Source: the human T2T-CHM13v2.0 reference genome, Homo sapiens | NCBI RefSeq assembly: GCF_009914755.1 | Contig: NC_060927.1 | Length of the DNA: 64,000 nt | Reading direction: 5' to 3' (one strand) | In this document: piece by piece, positions 39,532 to 51,974 of the stretch | Numbering within the stretch: the stretch's first letter is position 1 | Layout: every line of letters begins with the position of its first letter | Notes under the pieces: model-generated | What the model was told of the DNA's origin: nothing | Databases searched by the model: none | Seen by the model: only the letters and a program-made list of their open reading frames with translations | Position numbers and translations under genes: made by a program

Positions 39532-42059
39532 CCCATTTGAAAAGAATATATTGCAAATGCAAATGTCCACAGAAGTTAACAAATGACATCTATGTGTGAG
39601 TTGATTGGGGGAAAACTATGGTGAATTTCAGAGTATTTGTCCGTTCTGAAAGAATGAAAGCCAGGTGGAACCAGCCATATGCTACCATGGAAGATGTCAC
39701 CTGAGTTTTTGAGTTTTCAAAAGAAGCTGAAAATTGAGATTTTAAAAATATGAATAATGGCAAACATTAAGAGCTAACCTATCTAAAACAGTGGCCTAGA
39801 TTTTATAGTTTCACATAATTTATAACCCATAGTTAGTAAAAAAAAAAAAAAAAGTAAATGTTATCAATTTAGATAAAATACGTGAATACCTTTTTGAAAA
39901 CTTGATTAACAGTAAATAGAAGATAAAGCTTTAAAAATTTAGTAAAGACATTAATTAGAATTAAAATTACTTAGAGCTTTAAAAAATTAAACCCTTTAAA
40001 GAAATTTTAAATGTATTTGAAGGCAGAAATGAATCATTTCTGTGGATGAGATTTCATCTTCACAGGTCAATGCTGTAAAGACTTCTCTAAAGACAGGCTC
40101 AGTGGCTAACCAGCAGGAGTTTCACCTTTGGTTATCATGCAGCTTCCAGAGGCATCCTCAAGCAACTTGGGAAATGTAAAAATCTGGCTCTTTCATTGTT
40201 GGCATGAGAAGAGGCGGATTCAAAGGAAAAAGAATATATCAGGAAAAAGTTTTTTTTAAAAAAGCAACAGAATCTTTGCCATGGACTCTGAAGAAAAATG
40301 CCACAGGGGTTCTTTGGACTAATGACTCTACCTGAGCTTCTTGTTCAAGCAAAGGCAGGAAAATTTAATTAACAATTCCAAATCCATATTTCTTTGTAAT
40401 CTAACACAGTAGATTAGAAAGCTGAGATTTAAGTCATATAGCTATTGAGTGGGAAAGCTAAGATTCAAACCTTAATTTTCTGCCCCCAGAACTGTTTTCT
40501 TCTCATCTTAAAATCTCAGCTGGTTGATCCATGAATATTGGCAGTTTAAAGCAGCAAATACGGAATTTGCTGTGAACTTGTCTTTCCATGTGATCCTAAC
40601 CTCTCAGAACCTTATTTTCCTCTTTTATAAAATTCGGACTTTTGTATTGGATAATTTTAAGGGTTTCTCCCAGGCCTTCATCATAAAGGAATAATTATGC
40701 AAAGTACTGATACAAAAGAGTTAAATTTCAGAATGACGATTTCTTTTCATCACAGCTGGTTTAAATTGCCTTAAAGATTTAAGAAACACTTTCAAGTAAT
40801 AAAGCAATTTAGACACCTTAAATCTACGTCTAGCTACTGAGGATGCACTTTCTGTGGGAAACTGAGCACTACAAAAATTCCTGAAAGAAGATTTTATCCA
40901 AGTTTATCTGACCTGGACAAGATAGTGACATTTCAAGAGAATGCTGAATAACAATGTTTTGCTCTTGATGAATAGAGTTAATGCTTAGAGACAGATTAGT
41001 AATGTAAGCCACAGAGGTTGTGCAAAAGAAAATTTGCAAGGTTGGAGCCTGGAGATTCTATAATACGTTTGTTCCTGGCTCAAATTTTGTTGCTTTTGTG
41101 GGCTGATCCCTTCCAATGGAAGATCAGCTGCCGCAGTAACTTAAATGAACTTAGTTGAAAAACATCTCTGATTCCCAGTTGATGTGTGTACTGTGATTCA
41201 AAATTAAAAAGAAAACAAAGGAACATTCCTCCTTCAGAATTTCGTTACAAAACTTGATATAAAGAATTTTTGTAGTCAGCAAATCCTAAGTGGTTTGTAA
41301 GAGAACTTGAAAAAGTTCTAATAGGAAAAATGGTGGCATCCAACTGGTTAAAAATGAAGAAGCTTTTGCTGTGTTCCCTTGCACTTTCAAGTTAAATAGC
41401 ATGACAAGGTATATTCCTTATGACTGCAAAGTTCAGATCAGTGATAAGTTATTTAAATATATGCAACAGTTTACTGAATGTTGAGCTTAATATTTTTAAA
41501 AATTTACATCAACTTACATTTTTCCCCTTACAGAATTTGTTTAATAGGTGGAATAGAATTCAACTCAATGCTTATCACTGTACATAAAGCAAGATTACAT
41601 TTGCTCAAAGAGTCTGTTTATGGAAGATAGTCCAACCTCCCTTCACTAAACCCCAAAGAGAATGATGGGGCTAATCCGCCGGTGCCTTGTCCTTGGGGGC
41701 TAGCTCTATCATTCTCTCTAGTTTTACATCTAACACATCTCTAATATTTCCACTTGGGGAACTTAATTTTACTGGGTGCAAGGTATATAGGCAAACTCAT
41801 CCATTAATTTTTTTGTCTATTTTTTTCATAAGTTTATGAACCTGAACTTAAAAAGAAGGGACGTTTTTTGCCATTTTTAGCTGCCATGCAAAACCAAACC
41901 AGAAAAGTGTTCCCTTTTAACAATTCACTCCAATGAAGCTGCTGCAGCAGAGAAACCACTGTATAACTTGTCTCATTAAGAGTCTGCATGGGCCTGGAGG
42001 GCTTGTACCTTCGCTGCTCAAATCCTCAGCCTGTAATGGCTTTTTCTTCCATTCCTCAG

Positions 42060-42257
42060 TCCTGGAACTGTGTGATAACTTGCCCAGAAAATCTTCTTGT
42101 GGAATCTGTCTTTACATGGAAAAGACTTGGCAATATTTGTACAGCAACTGGAAGAAAGGTCTTTGCTGAGATATACAAAGAGGCAGAATGTGTGTGGATC
42201 ACCGATTAGACAAGGCGAATAGGAGCAGAATAGAAGAGGAATGGAATAGAACTCAAG
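42060..42257 (+). other. Candidate non-coding exon (splice signals only)
   Basis: Acceptor ctttttcttccattcctcAG (ends 42059) and consensus donor CAAG|GTAAGT (42258); stop codons in all three frames. Confidence 0.25.
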
Positions 42258-43399
42258 GTAAGTCAAAGAAATTCATTTGACCTGTCTTTATACTCCAGTA
42301 GAAAATAGAAAATAGTGGGCAGATTGAGATTTCATGGTAAAATATAGAAAAAGAATCCTATTTAAATCGCAATTACAGCCGTGGCTGTTGACTTCCTATG
42401 ATGGCATTCACAAAATGTAAAATGCCCTCATGTTTCCATGCTGTGGTGAGTTTGATAGTTCTAATGTTTCCTGAATTCCTCACGGAAGTTTCCACAGAAA
42501 CATAAGACACATTTTTAGTAGCAGGTGAATTAAAAATGCCCCATTTTTAATCAGTCGGTACCACAGAAAAAAAAATGACAACATATTTACAAAAAGAAGT
42601 CTTTTAAAAAGAGTTTAGCATAAACCTGAAATATGAAAAATTCCAATATTAGCAGAAATAGTATTACTTGCAGACGTTACTGGAATTTACATTAAGTATT
42701 TAATATTTAACAAATCACATTCTTTTTTAATTTCTAGTCAGAAGTCTCATGCTAATTATTTCATTTTTTTGTCCTTTGTATTTTACAGAAGGGTAAATTC
42801 AGATTTGAGGAAGTGAGTCCACTCTTTCTTTTACACAACCACTTTTCTTTCTATCATGTTTGCTGAAAGTGTACGAATAACTCTGTAGAATGGAGAACTC
42901 AGTCAAATTTCATCTAATGAAGCTATTCGATACTAAGACTTAAACAAGAGCACACAAACAAAAATCTCTGAAGGAACGTGGAAATAAAAAAGGTTTTATT
43001 CAGAGCTAAGCCTTATGATTTTGGGAAGATTAAAAGATTGTTCTGAAACTTTTCTGTAACGGTACAGTAACTTTTCCCAGTACAGAAAACGTGATCAATC
43101 TTACAGTGGGTAGTTTCCAGACATGTCACTATACCGAGTAAATCACATGATATCGCTGATTAGATTATCTAGAGGTGATCATATTATACTTACAAAGTCA
43201 ATAGGAATTCAAAGAATGATTGTCCTTCTAGAGATTGTTTAAAATTCCAACTATTTTCACAAAGTTATGGTCAGATAAATTTGTAATATGGGCATTTGAA
43301 GAAATTTAGTTTTTCCAGTTATTTCTAAGTGATTATTTTTGCACATACACTGTTAGAGTTCTTTCTAAATAAGTTGGATCTTTCAGAAACCAATAAGCA

Positions 43400-44010
43400 G
43401 TATTCTGGGAAGATGGAAACCACGGTGGCGTTGTTTGCTAAAAACTCTCTAAATCCTTTTATTAAAACATACTTGACTGATAAATAACAAAACCAAAAAC
43501 CTCATAATATCATTTATAAATAAAACAAGTGAAAGGGTTTTCAAAACTTCCAAAATACTGTGGATAAAGGCAACTGTCAATATTCATAAAAACTTCATGG
43601 TAGTAAAATGTGGAGGAAAGTAATGGGGTGTCTGATGGAACCTGAGAATTCTGAAAACAGAGAAATCCAAAAAAGCCAGCTGGGACTCAGGCAGGCCAAC
43701 ATGTGCCTGAGTCAACAACAGCCGACACTGAGAGTTTTGGCATCTCCAGGAAAGGGTAAACAAAAGAGCCCACGAGTTCACAGCAGGCCATGGACTTTCA
43801 AAACTTACCTTTCAGCACTCCCTTCCAGGACAGGGCCTCAAATTGAAAAGAAACAGCTGGGGTGGAATCAATATTGAGCAGAACAAGGACAAAAAAAAAG
43901 GATAAAGAAGGTCTAGATCAAAGTCCAGAGAAGAACACAGCCAGTGAGCGCTCATGTTTTTGAACACTGTGCACATATCACAGAAGAGCAACCTCTGTGA
44001 AGTTAGAAGT
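43400..44010 (+). mobile_element. Possible ancient L1 5' region remnant
   Basis: Begins ttctgggaagatgg (typical L1M 5' start) followed by A-rich L1-like sequence; weak match. Confidence 0.35.
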
Positions 44011-44710
44011 GATCCAGCAATCCCTCTACTGGGCTTTTGTCTAAAGGAAAGGAAATCAGTATATCAAAAAGATACACCTCCATATTTATTACAGCAGTAG
44101 TCACAATACCTCCATGTTTATTGCAGCAGTAGTCACAATAGCCAAGATATAGAATCAACTTAAGTATCTGACAACAGATGAATGGATAAAGAAAATGTGG
44201 TGTATATTAATATACACAATGGAATACTATTCAACCTTAAAAAATGAAATTCTGTCATTCACGGCAACATGAATACAACTGAGGGACATTATGCTAAATG
44301 AAATAAGTTAGGAACAGAGAGTTAAACCCTGGATGTTCTCACTCATATGTGGAAGCTAAAAAACATTGATTTCATAGAACAAATAAGTAGAACAGAGAAT
44401 ACTAGAGGCCGGAAAGGGGAAAGGGAAGGGGACTAGGGAGAGGTTTGCTAAAGAATTACAAAAGTACTAGACAGGAGAAATAAGTTCCAGGGTTCTATAG
44501 CACTGTAGGAGGACTATAGTTAACAATAATACATAGTTTCAAACAGCTAGGAGGAGAACATAGACTGTTCCCCACACAAAGAAATGATAAACATTTGAGA
44601 TGATGGATATGCTAATTATCCTGGTTTGATCACTATACATTATATATACCACAACATCACTCTTATCCCAAAATATGTACAAGTTATTGTGCGTCGATTA
44701 CCAAAAAAAA
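44010..44710 (+). mobile_element. L1MA (L1MA3/4-like) 3' end
   Basis: gatccagcaatccctctactggg..gatgaatggataaagaaaatgtgg..ccacacaaagaaatgataaacatttgagatgatggatatgctaattatcctg..A-tail. Confidence 0.9.
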
Positions 44711-44879
44711 TTTTTTAAATGATACTCTGAGATATGACCCCTTCCAAAGTTCAGGACAACTCATTCACATAAAAATATTTCACAGAATATTATTTTGAGG
44801 TCAAATGCCATACAAAGTTATCATAAGAAACAAAGATATTAAGATGTAAAACATCTTTCCTACAGATGATAAAACATAC

Positions 44880-45614
44880 TGTGTCCAGAATTTATTCCTT
44901 CCAGTGGGCTGTTGGTCTCACTGACTTTAAGAATGAAGCTGCGGACCCTCGTGGTGAGTGTTACAGCTCTTAAAGATGGTGTGTCTGGAGTTTGTTCCTT
45001 CAGATGTTCAGATATGTCTGTAGTTTCTCTTCCTGCTGGTGGGTTCATGGTCTTGCTGACTTCAAGAATGAAGCCACAGACCTTCATGGTGAGTGTTACA
45101 GCTCTTAAAGGTGATGTGGACCCAAAGAGTGAGCAGCAGCAAGATTCATTGTGAAGAGCAAAAGAACAAAGTTTCCACAGTGTGGAAGGGGACTTGAGCG
45201 GGTTGCCGCTGCTGGCTTGGGTGGCCAGCTTTTATTCCCTTATTTGGCCCCTCCCACATCCTGCTGATTGGTCCATTTTACAGAGTGCTGATTGGTCCGT
45301 TTTACAGAGTAATGATTGGTGCATTTACAATCCTTTAGCTAGACACAGAGCGCGGATTGCTGCGTTTTTACAGAGTGCTGATTGGTGCATTTACAATCCT
45401 TTAGCTAGACACAGAACACTGACTGGTGCGTTTGCAGTCCTTTAGCTAGACACAGTGTGCTGATTGGTGCATTTTTACAGAGTGCTGATTGGTGCATTTA
45501 CAATCCTTTAGCTAGACACAGAGCGCTGATTGGTGCATTTACAATCCTCTAGCTAGACAGAAAACTTCTCCAAGACCCCACCCAACCCAGAAGCCCAGCT
45601 GGCTTCACCTCTCA
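44880..45614 (-). mobile_element. LTR12 (ERV9) solo LTR, full length
   Basis: TG...CA termini, 4-bp TSD ATAC (44876-44879, 45615-45618); ggacccaaagagtgagcagcagcaagatt; repeated gctgattggtgcatttacaatcctttagctagacacaga units; ends gcccagctggcttcacctctca. Confidence 0.96.
45228..45535 (-). promoter_or_regulatory. LTR12 U3 promoter: seven CCAAT (NF-Y) boxes plus GGAATAAAAG TATA-like element, oriented leftward
   Basis: ATTGG on + strand at 45267, 45291, 45315, 45381, 45463, 45488, 45529; cttttattcc at ~45229-45238. Activity is not shown by sequence alone. Confidence 0.6.
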
Positions 45615-45783
45615 ATACCAGATACACTTGTCCACCAGCAGATTATAAGTGGAGCATGATGTTTAATAATGAGTAAAAAGACATTAAGGAAATATATGAT
45701 GTATGAATACATAATATAATTCACAATTTTTCTACATTTTCCTGTTTGTTTAAAGTCATCAGTGAAGGGGCTGCATGTTCAGA

Positions 45784-45785
<2 letters not shown>

Positions 45786-45833
<48 letters not shown>
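45786..45833. repeat. (AT)n microsatellite, ~24 units
   Basis: Read directly from sequence. Confidence 0.95.
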
Positions 45834-45836
<3 letters not shown>

Positions 45837-46135
45837 ATGATATATATGACATAACCACAAATGGATGAGGAAGAGATTGGAGGATGCAGATCCAAAATGT
45901 TTTGTTTTTTCTTAGGAATTTGATTGATGGCAGCACTATTAGTATATTATTCTGAAATGGTTCTGAGTATAATTTAGAAAAAAGTAAATGAGTATTAGAT
46001 ATTTTACTTCTACCATTGTCTGTGTCCAAGTAAAGCATATTTCACATTGCAGATGTATAAAAAAGGAGACACATATGTGAGATACAAGAGGCAGAGTTAA
46101 ATCCTGTAGCCTTGTGTTTTAAATAGCAATATTAG

Positions 46136-46444
46136 AGCTGGGCATGGTGGCTCACACCTGTAATCCCAACACTTCGGGAGGTTGATGGGGGAGAACAGCT
46201 TGAGGTCAGGAGTTCAAGGCTGGCCTGGGCAGCAGAGCAAGACTCTGTCTCTACAAAAAAATTTTAAAAATTAGCCAGGCACTGTGGCATGCACCGGTCG
46301 TCCTAGCTTCTTAGGAGGCTGAGTGGGTAGGACTGCTTGAGCCCAGGAGTTCAAGGCTGCAGGGAGCTATGCCCGAGCCACTGCACTCCAGCTTATGTGA
46401 CAGAAGGAGACCCTATCTCAACAAAAGAAGAAAACTGAAAAAAT
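46136..46444 (+). mobile_element. AluJ
   Basis: gcctgggcagcagagcaagactctgtctctacaaaaaaatttt, gcttgagcccaggagttcaaggctgcag (J diagnostics); degenerate TSD aaatag(c/a)aatatta. Confidence 0.93.
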
Positions 46445-46598
46445 AAATAGAAATATTAAGTGAACTCAAGATGTATTTTAAATTTAATATTTGAGTATAG
46501 GTCATATATATCAATTATATATAGTTAAAGTATATTATAAGAGTACATATCTTTATCTTCCTATATAACACGTACCTGTGTTATGTAGGATATATATA

Positions 46599-46923
46599 CT
46601 TCTGGTGGGTTCGTGGTCTCGCTGACTTCAAGAATGAAGCCACAGACCTTAGTGGCAAGTTTTACAGCTCTTAAAGGTGGTGCAGACCCAAAGAGTGAGC
46701 AGCAGCAAGATTCACTGTGAAGAGCAAAAGAACAAAGCTTCTACAGTGTGGAAGGGGACTCGAGCGGGTTGCCGCTGCTGGCTTGGGTGGCCAGCTTTTA
46801 TTCCCTTATTTGGCCCCTCCCACATCCTGCTGATTGGTCCATTTTACAGAGTGCTGATTGGTCAATTTTACAGAGTGCTGACTGGTGCATTTACAATCCT
46901 TTAGCTAGACACAGAGCGCTGAT
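46599..46923 (-). mobile_element. Internal LTR12 fragment (325 bp) collinear with 45033-45357
   Basis: Ungapped alignment to the neighbouring LTR12, about 21 mismatches in 325 bp; lacks LTR termini and TSD. Confidence 0.93.
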
Positions 46924-47192
46924 ATATACACATATCACACATACACACATATATATACACACACACCACAGGTATGTATTATATAGGAAGATATTAGGAA
47001 AATGTATGTGTATGTATACGCACATAGACCTATATATACATACACACACCACAGATATGTATTATATACAAAGATAAAGATATGTACTCTCTTTCTCTCT
47101 CTCTATATATATACGCATATATATATCCTGAAAGAGTTCTGAAACCTCAACCAACCCAGTGACTCTGAGCATTTTAAGACTTCAGACTGTGG

Positions 47193-47710
47193 TTTTTTTT
47201 TGTTGTTTGTTTGTTTTTAGTATTTATTGATCATTCTTGGGTGTTTCTCGGAGAGGGGGATTTGGCAGGGTCACAGGATAATAGTGGAGGGAAGGTCAGC
47301 AGATAAACACGTGAAGAAAGGTCTCTGGTTTTCCTAAGCAGAGGACCCTGCGGCCTTCCGCAGTGTTTGTGTCCCTGGGTACTTGAGATTAGGGAGTGGT
47401 GATGACTCTTAAGGAGCATGCTGCCTTCAAGCATCTGTTTAACAAAGCACATCTTGCACCGCCCTTAATCCATTTAACCCTGAGTGGACACAGCACATGT
47501 TTTAGAGAGCACAGGGTTGGGGGTAAGGTCATAGATCAACAGGATCCCAAGGCAGAAGAATTTTTCTTAGTACAGGACAAAATGAAAAGTCTCCCATGTC
47601 TACTTCTTTCTACACAGACACAGCAACCATCCGATTTCGCAATCTTTTCTCCACCTTTCCCCCTTTTCTATTCCACAAAACCGCCATTGTCATCATGGCC
47701 CGTTCTCAAG
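47193..47710 (-). mobile_element. 5'-truncated SVA (SINE-R portion only; SVA_B/C-like)
   Basis: tttttagtatttattgatcattcttgggtgtttctcggagagggggatttggcagggtc...ccgccattgtcatcatggcccgttctcaa; T-rich tail; TSD AGACTGTG plus T-run at 47184 and 47711. Confidence 0.96.
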
Positions 47711-47979
47711 AGACTGTGTTTTTTTTTTAATACCATTTCCTGCTGCAAGAAATCAAGAATTATTGGGGAAATGGCTGATTCCAGTTTTAACACAGAAAAT
47801 GTACAAAATGAATGAGGAAGCTATATAAAATAAAAACTACTATGGCTATGTCAAATGAACTTAGGAGCCTATTTGTAGAGGTTCCCACTGGCCAAAGATG
47901 AGATCATATGAACTTTAAAAAGGATAATACTTGCAACAGATTACAATCTATTAAGCAGGTTTCCATTTGTGGATTAATA

Positions 47980-47981
<2 letters not shown>

Positions 47982-48023
<42 letters not shown>
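47982..48023. repeat. (TG)21 microsatellite
   Basis: Read directly from sequence. Confidence 0.95.
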
Positions 48024-48024
<1 letters not shown>

Positions 48025-48312
48025 TTCACACATATACTAACTGGTTTTTTTTGAAGGATGATAGAATCTCAATTATTTATTTTAAAAATTGATAATTTAA
48101 AAATAAAAATAAATATTTATTTTTTAAAATATTTATTTTTAAAAAAATTTTATTTAAAAAAATAAAAATAAAAATTTATTTTAAAAATTTATTTTAAAAA
48201 TATCACCACTTTGCAATCCCCAATGAATTAATGGTTCCAGATTTCAAGCATCAAAACGCACTAAAATCATTAAAAAGACTTTAAGGCATTAGGCACTTGC
48301 TGTGACACCATC

Positions 48313-48904
48313 TTTTTTTTAAGTTGAGCTATGATTCACATACCCAAAATTCACCTTTTGGATGCATTTAGTATTTAGTGTGTTCATGAAGTTGTGAACC
48401 GTCATCTCATTCCAGAATATTTTCACCCCCCAAGGAGAAACCTGTTTTCCATCAGCAGCCCCTCTCAGTCTCCACCCCTGACCCCAGCAACCGCGAATCT
48501 GTATTCTGTTTCTAGAGATTTGCCTATTCTGGATATTTCATTTAATTGGAACCACACAAACTTGTGACCTTGGTGACTGGCTTCTTTCACTTAGCGTAAA
48601 TTATCCATGTTGTGGCATGGATCAGGACTTCACTTTTTGTGGCTGAACATATTCTACTGTAAGGATATGCCACTTTTGTTTGTTTAGCCATTCATCAGTT
48701 GATAGATATTTGAGTTTTTTCACTTTTTTTGAATATTATGAATAATGCTGCTATGTATATTTTCTACAAAATGTACATATATGTGGATGTACATTTGGAC
48801 GTTTTCAATTTTCTTGAGTATATGCCTAGAAGTGAATTAATGGAGTCATATGAAAACTCTATATTTAACTTCATTGAGGAACTGCCAAGCTGTTTTCCAC
48901 AATG
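48313..48904 (-). mobile_element. L1MB 3' fragment
   Basis: ttgagctatgattcacatac..ccagaatattttcacccc..gatttgcctattctggatatttcat..gaggaactgccaagctgttttcca. Confidence 0.85.
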
Positions 48905-49161
48905 ACCACCTATAATCAATCTTGCCAAAGAAATTGAACCTGATTCTGACCAAGTCCCTTGATTCATCTGCCAATTTGCAAGAAATGCAGAGGACGGGGG
49001 AACATGTTGCTCTGCACCATGATTGGGCAGTCAGCAAGATCCCAACCGAGAAGATAGATTGGCTAAACTACTGACATTATTCAACAGGTAAATTATAAGG
49101 AAATTAAAGGGCTAGAGGAAGTATCTGAAGATCAAAAGAGATTTTCAAAGGCATATCAAGC

Positions 49162-49535
<374 letters not shown>

Positions 49536-49819
49536 TAAAGTGTCTTGAGATGAAAAAAAGTGAAAAGAAGCACATTTAAATAAACTGATATATTCTGTGT
49601 AAAGTATTGGTTATTAGTCAAGAAAATCGGTCCAAATAAATTTCACAAAAAGATGAGGATTTAAGTTTTATTCAGGTTTCACTTTACATTATATTTTAGT
49701 ATTGTTTGAGTTATTTACTTGAAAATGTCTGATACTATTTTTTTCTTTTCTTATTATTTGTATTTGCATATATTTTCACGAATTTTTATGTAACTTCAAA
49801 GTAACCATTTTCAAGACTT

Positions 49820-50297
49820 AATTTTTTTAAGAATAGTTTTAGGTTCACAGCATAACTGAGAATAAAGTACCAAGATTTTCCATATATCTCCTTCCCCCAC
49901 CACTGCACAGTCTCCCCAACTATCAACATCCCCCACTAGAGTGGGTACATTTGTTACAATTGATAAACATGTATTAATACATCAGTATCACCAAAAGTCC
50001 ATAGATGATACTAGGATTCACTCTTGGTGTTGCACATTTTATGGGTTTTGACATATGTATAATGACCTGTATCCACCATTATGGTATCATATAGAGTATT
50101 TTCACTGCCCAAAAATTCCTTTGTGCTTAACCAATCTCTGGTGACCACTGGTCCTCTTACTGGCTCCATAGTTTTGCCTTTTCCAGGATATCACAAAGTT
50201 GGAATCACATAGTATGTAGTCTTTTCAGATTGGCTTTTTTCACTTATTAATATGTATATTAAGATTCTAACCTGTCTGTCCATGGCTCCGTAGCCCA
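49820..50297 (-). mobile_element. L1MC1/2-like 3' end
   Basis: gttttaggttcacagca..tatcaacatcccccactagagtgggtacatttgttacaattgat..aaagtccatag..ttcactcttggtgttg. Confidence 0.85.
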
Positions 50298-51324
50298 TAA
50301 GAAACCAGTTCTTAAATCCAATCCTATGTGTCTATACTCTCTTGCTCTCACAAACAATAACATGAAATAATTTTTGGTTAAAAAACAATTTTTGCCTCAG
50401 AGACATTTTCTCCGCCCTCAAGTCACAAATAATGATAGAATATCACAGAATCAGCTTGAATTAAAACGATGGAAAGATTTTAGGTGTTTATTGTGATTTC
50501 TGAAAAAGGAATTCCATTCATCTCTGGATATTTTGAAATCATTAGGGCAAACAATAAATAATAATAATAATAATGTAATTAAGTGTCTTACATGGAAATA
50601 CTTTTAGAATTTCCAGAATTGAAAGCCTGACTGTGACTAAGGAAAAATGTATTTTCCCTCTGAAAATGACACTTGACTGAATCTTTCTCATTCTAAGCTT
50701 TAAACCTCTCCCATACTCTCTAAGCTGGTTTTCCCTGTGACAACTGGAAAGGGAGAGCAAATTCATTACACTTTGGGCACTGTAATTTAGATAAAATCAA
50801 AGAGCACCTTCCCTAACTGAAGTGATTAGAAACAGGCCATATGTTGTGATTTTCAAACCAAGGTGTGTGGTCAGGAGAACTGGCTCTGTGACAAGAGGCT
50901 GAAAGTTTCTGAATTAGAGGATAGCGTGCACACCATTGAAACAGAAAATGCTGTTTCCTCTTCCCATCACTTTGGTACACATTGAGAGTCATTTAGTAAA
51001 AGTAGAAGAACAGAGACGCTGATTAGCAGTACACAGTCAAGTGCATTGGTGGTGCAGTGGCCTCAGGGACACCTTGGTTTCTAGAGAATTTACAAATTTG
51101 AGAAATAAACTTTCAGGACGACCATTACAAGATGAGAGGGAAAAGAAGGACCCTGGATATTGCAAAGAGGAAACTGCTCCAGTGTAGTGGCATTAATATT
51201 ACCATCTTGCATTTCCCTACAAACATCACTAACATAGACTTTGGGCTAAATTCTACAGTTGTTTTGCTTGTAAGCTCCCCAGCATCTCTAGTGGCAGCTA
51301 TTATGTCCACTTTCAGTTCCTAGC

Positions 51325-51747
51325 TGTGTGCATTATATTTGCATTCGTGATTGCCCTGACTATTCACCCTTTCGCTTATCTACACCCTCTCAATGAAACT
51401 GCAGTGCCTTCTCTGGTTTTAGTGTAATTCTCTACCACTGCATTCAATCCGCTGATAACTTTGGCCAACAGACCGATGCAGAAGTGATGGCGCACTGCTT
51501 TTCTCTCTAGTTCTCAAGCACTGTCTTGCTTCTATATTCCCGCCTATTCTTCAGCCATTGCTAAGAGAAAGGCCTTGTACCAGGTGAATGATGAGAGATA
51601 CACGGAGCAGAGACCCACAGACACATGACCGGTCCCAGCCAATACCAGCATTGCATAACATCGATTAGATGAACCCCACATATGCAAAAAGCTAAGTACC
51701 ACTGATGTCTGGGGTGGTTTGTTGCATAACAGTAACTGACTGATACG
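51325..51747 (+). mobile_element. MaLR solo LTR (MLT1G/H-like)
   Basis: ctttggccaacag..gcagaagtgatgg..gatgagagatacacggagcagag..ccactgatgtctggggtggtttgttgcataacagtaactgactgatac. Confidence 0.65.
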
Positions 51748-51974
51748 TCATCTTTTCTCAAGCTAGCAGGCCTTCATTCTAGATGTTCCTTCTGTGTAGA
51801 ATGCTCTTTCTATGTTCTCCCTCACTCCTTTGTGAATAAATACAACTATCCATTATATCTTAGCTTAGGCATCACTTCTTCCTGAAAACCTCTCTTTATC
51901 CCCAAAGAGAGGGATAGGCACTCCTTCTCCTTCTTTCCTAACTTTCTTGACTTGTTTCAATCATAGGTATTCAA

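Larger units (their letters stand above)
47125..49160 (+). mobile_element. L1MC4-like 3'UTR host element, fragmented by SVA, (TG)n, L1MB and Alu
   Basis: aataccatttcc..ggggaaatggctgattccag..gttcccactggccaaa..caccactttgcaatccccaatgaattaatgg..cttgccaaagaaattgaacctga. Confidence 0.65.

Noticed and set aside
45260-45560. Regularly repeated ~24-40 bp units superficially like a CRISPR array
   Set aside because: These are the known U3 tandem CCAAT-containing repeats of LTR12; there are no unique spacers or cas genes and the context is eukaryotic
47396-47815. 139-aa ORF
   Set aside because: Antisense reading of the SVA SINE-R running into L1MC sequence
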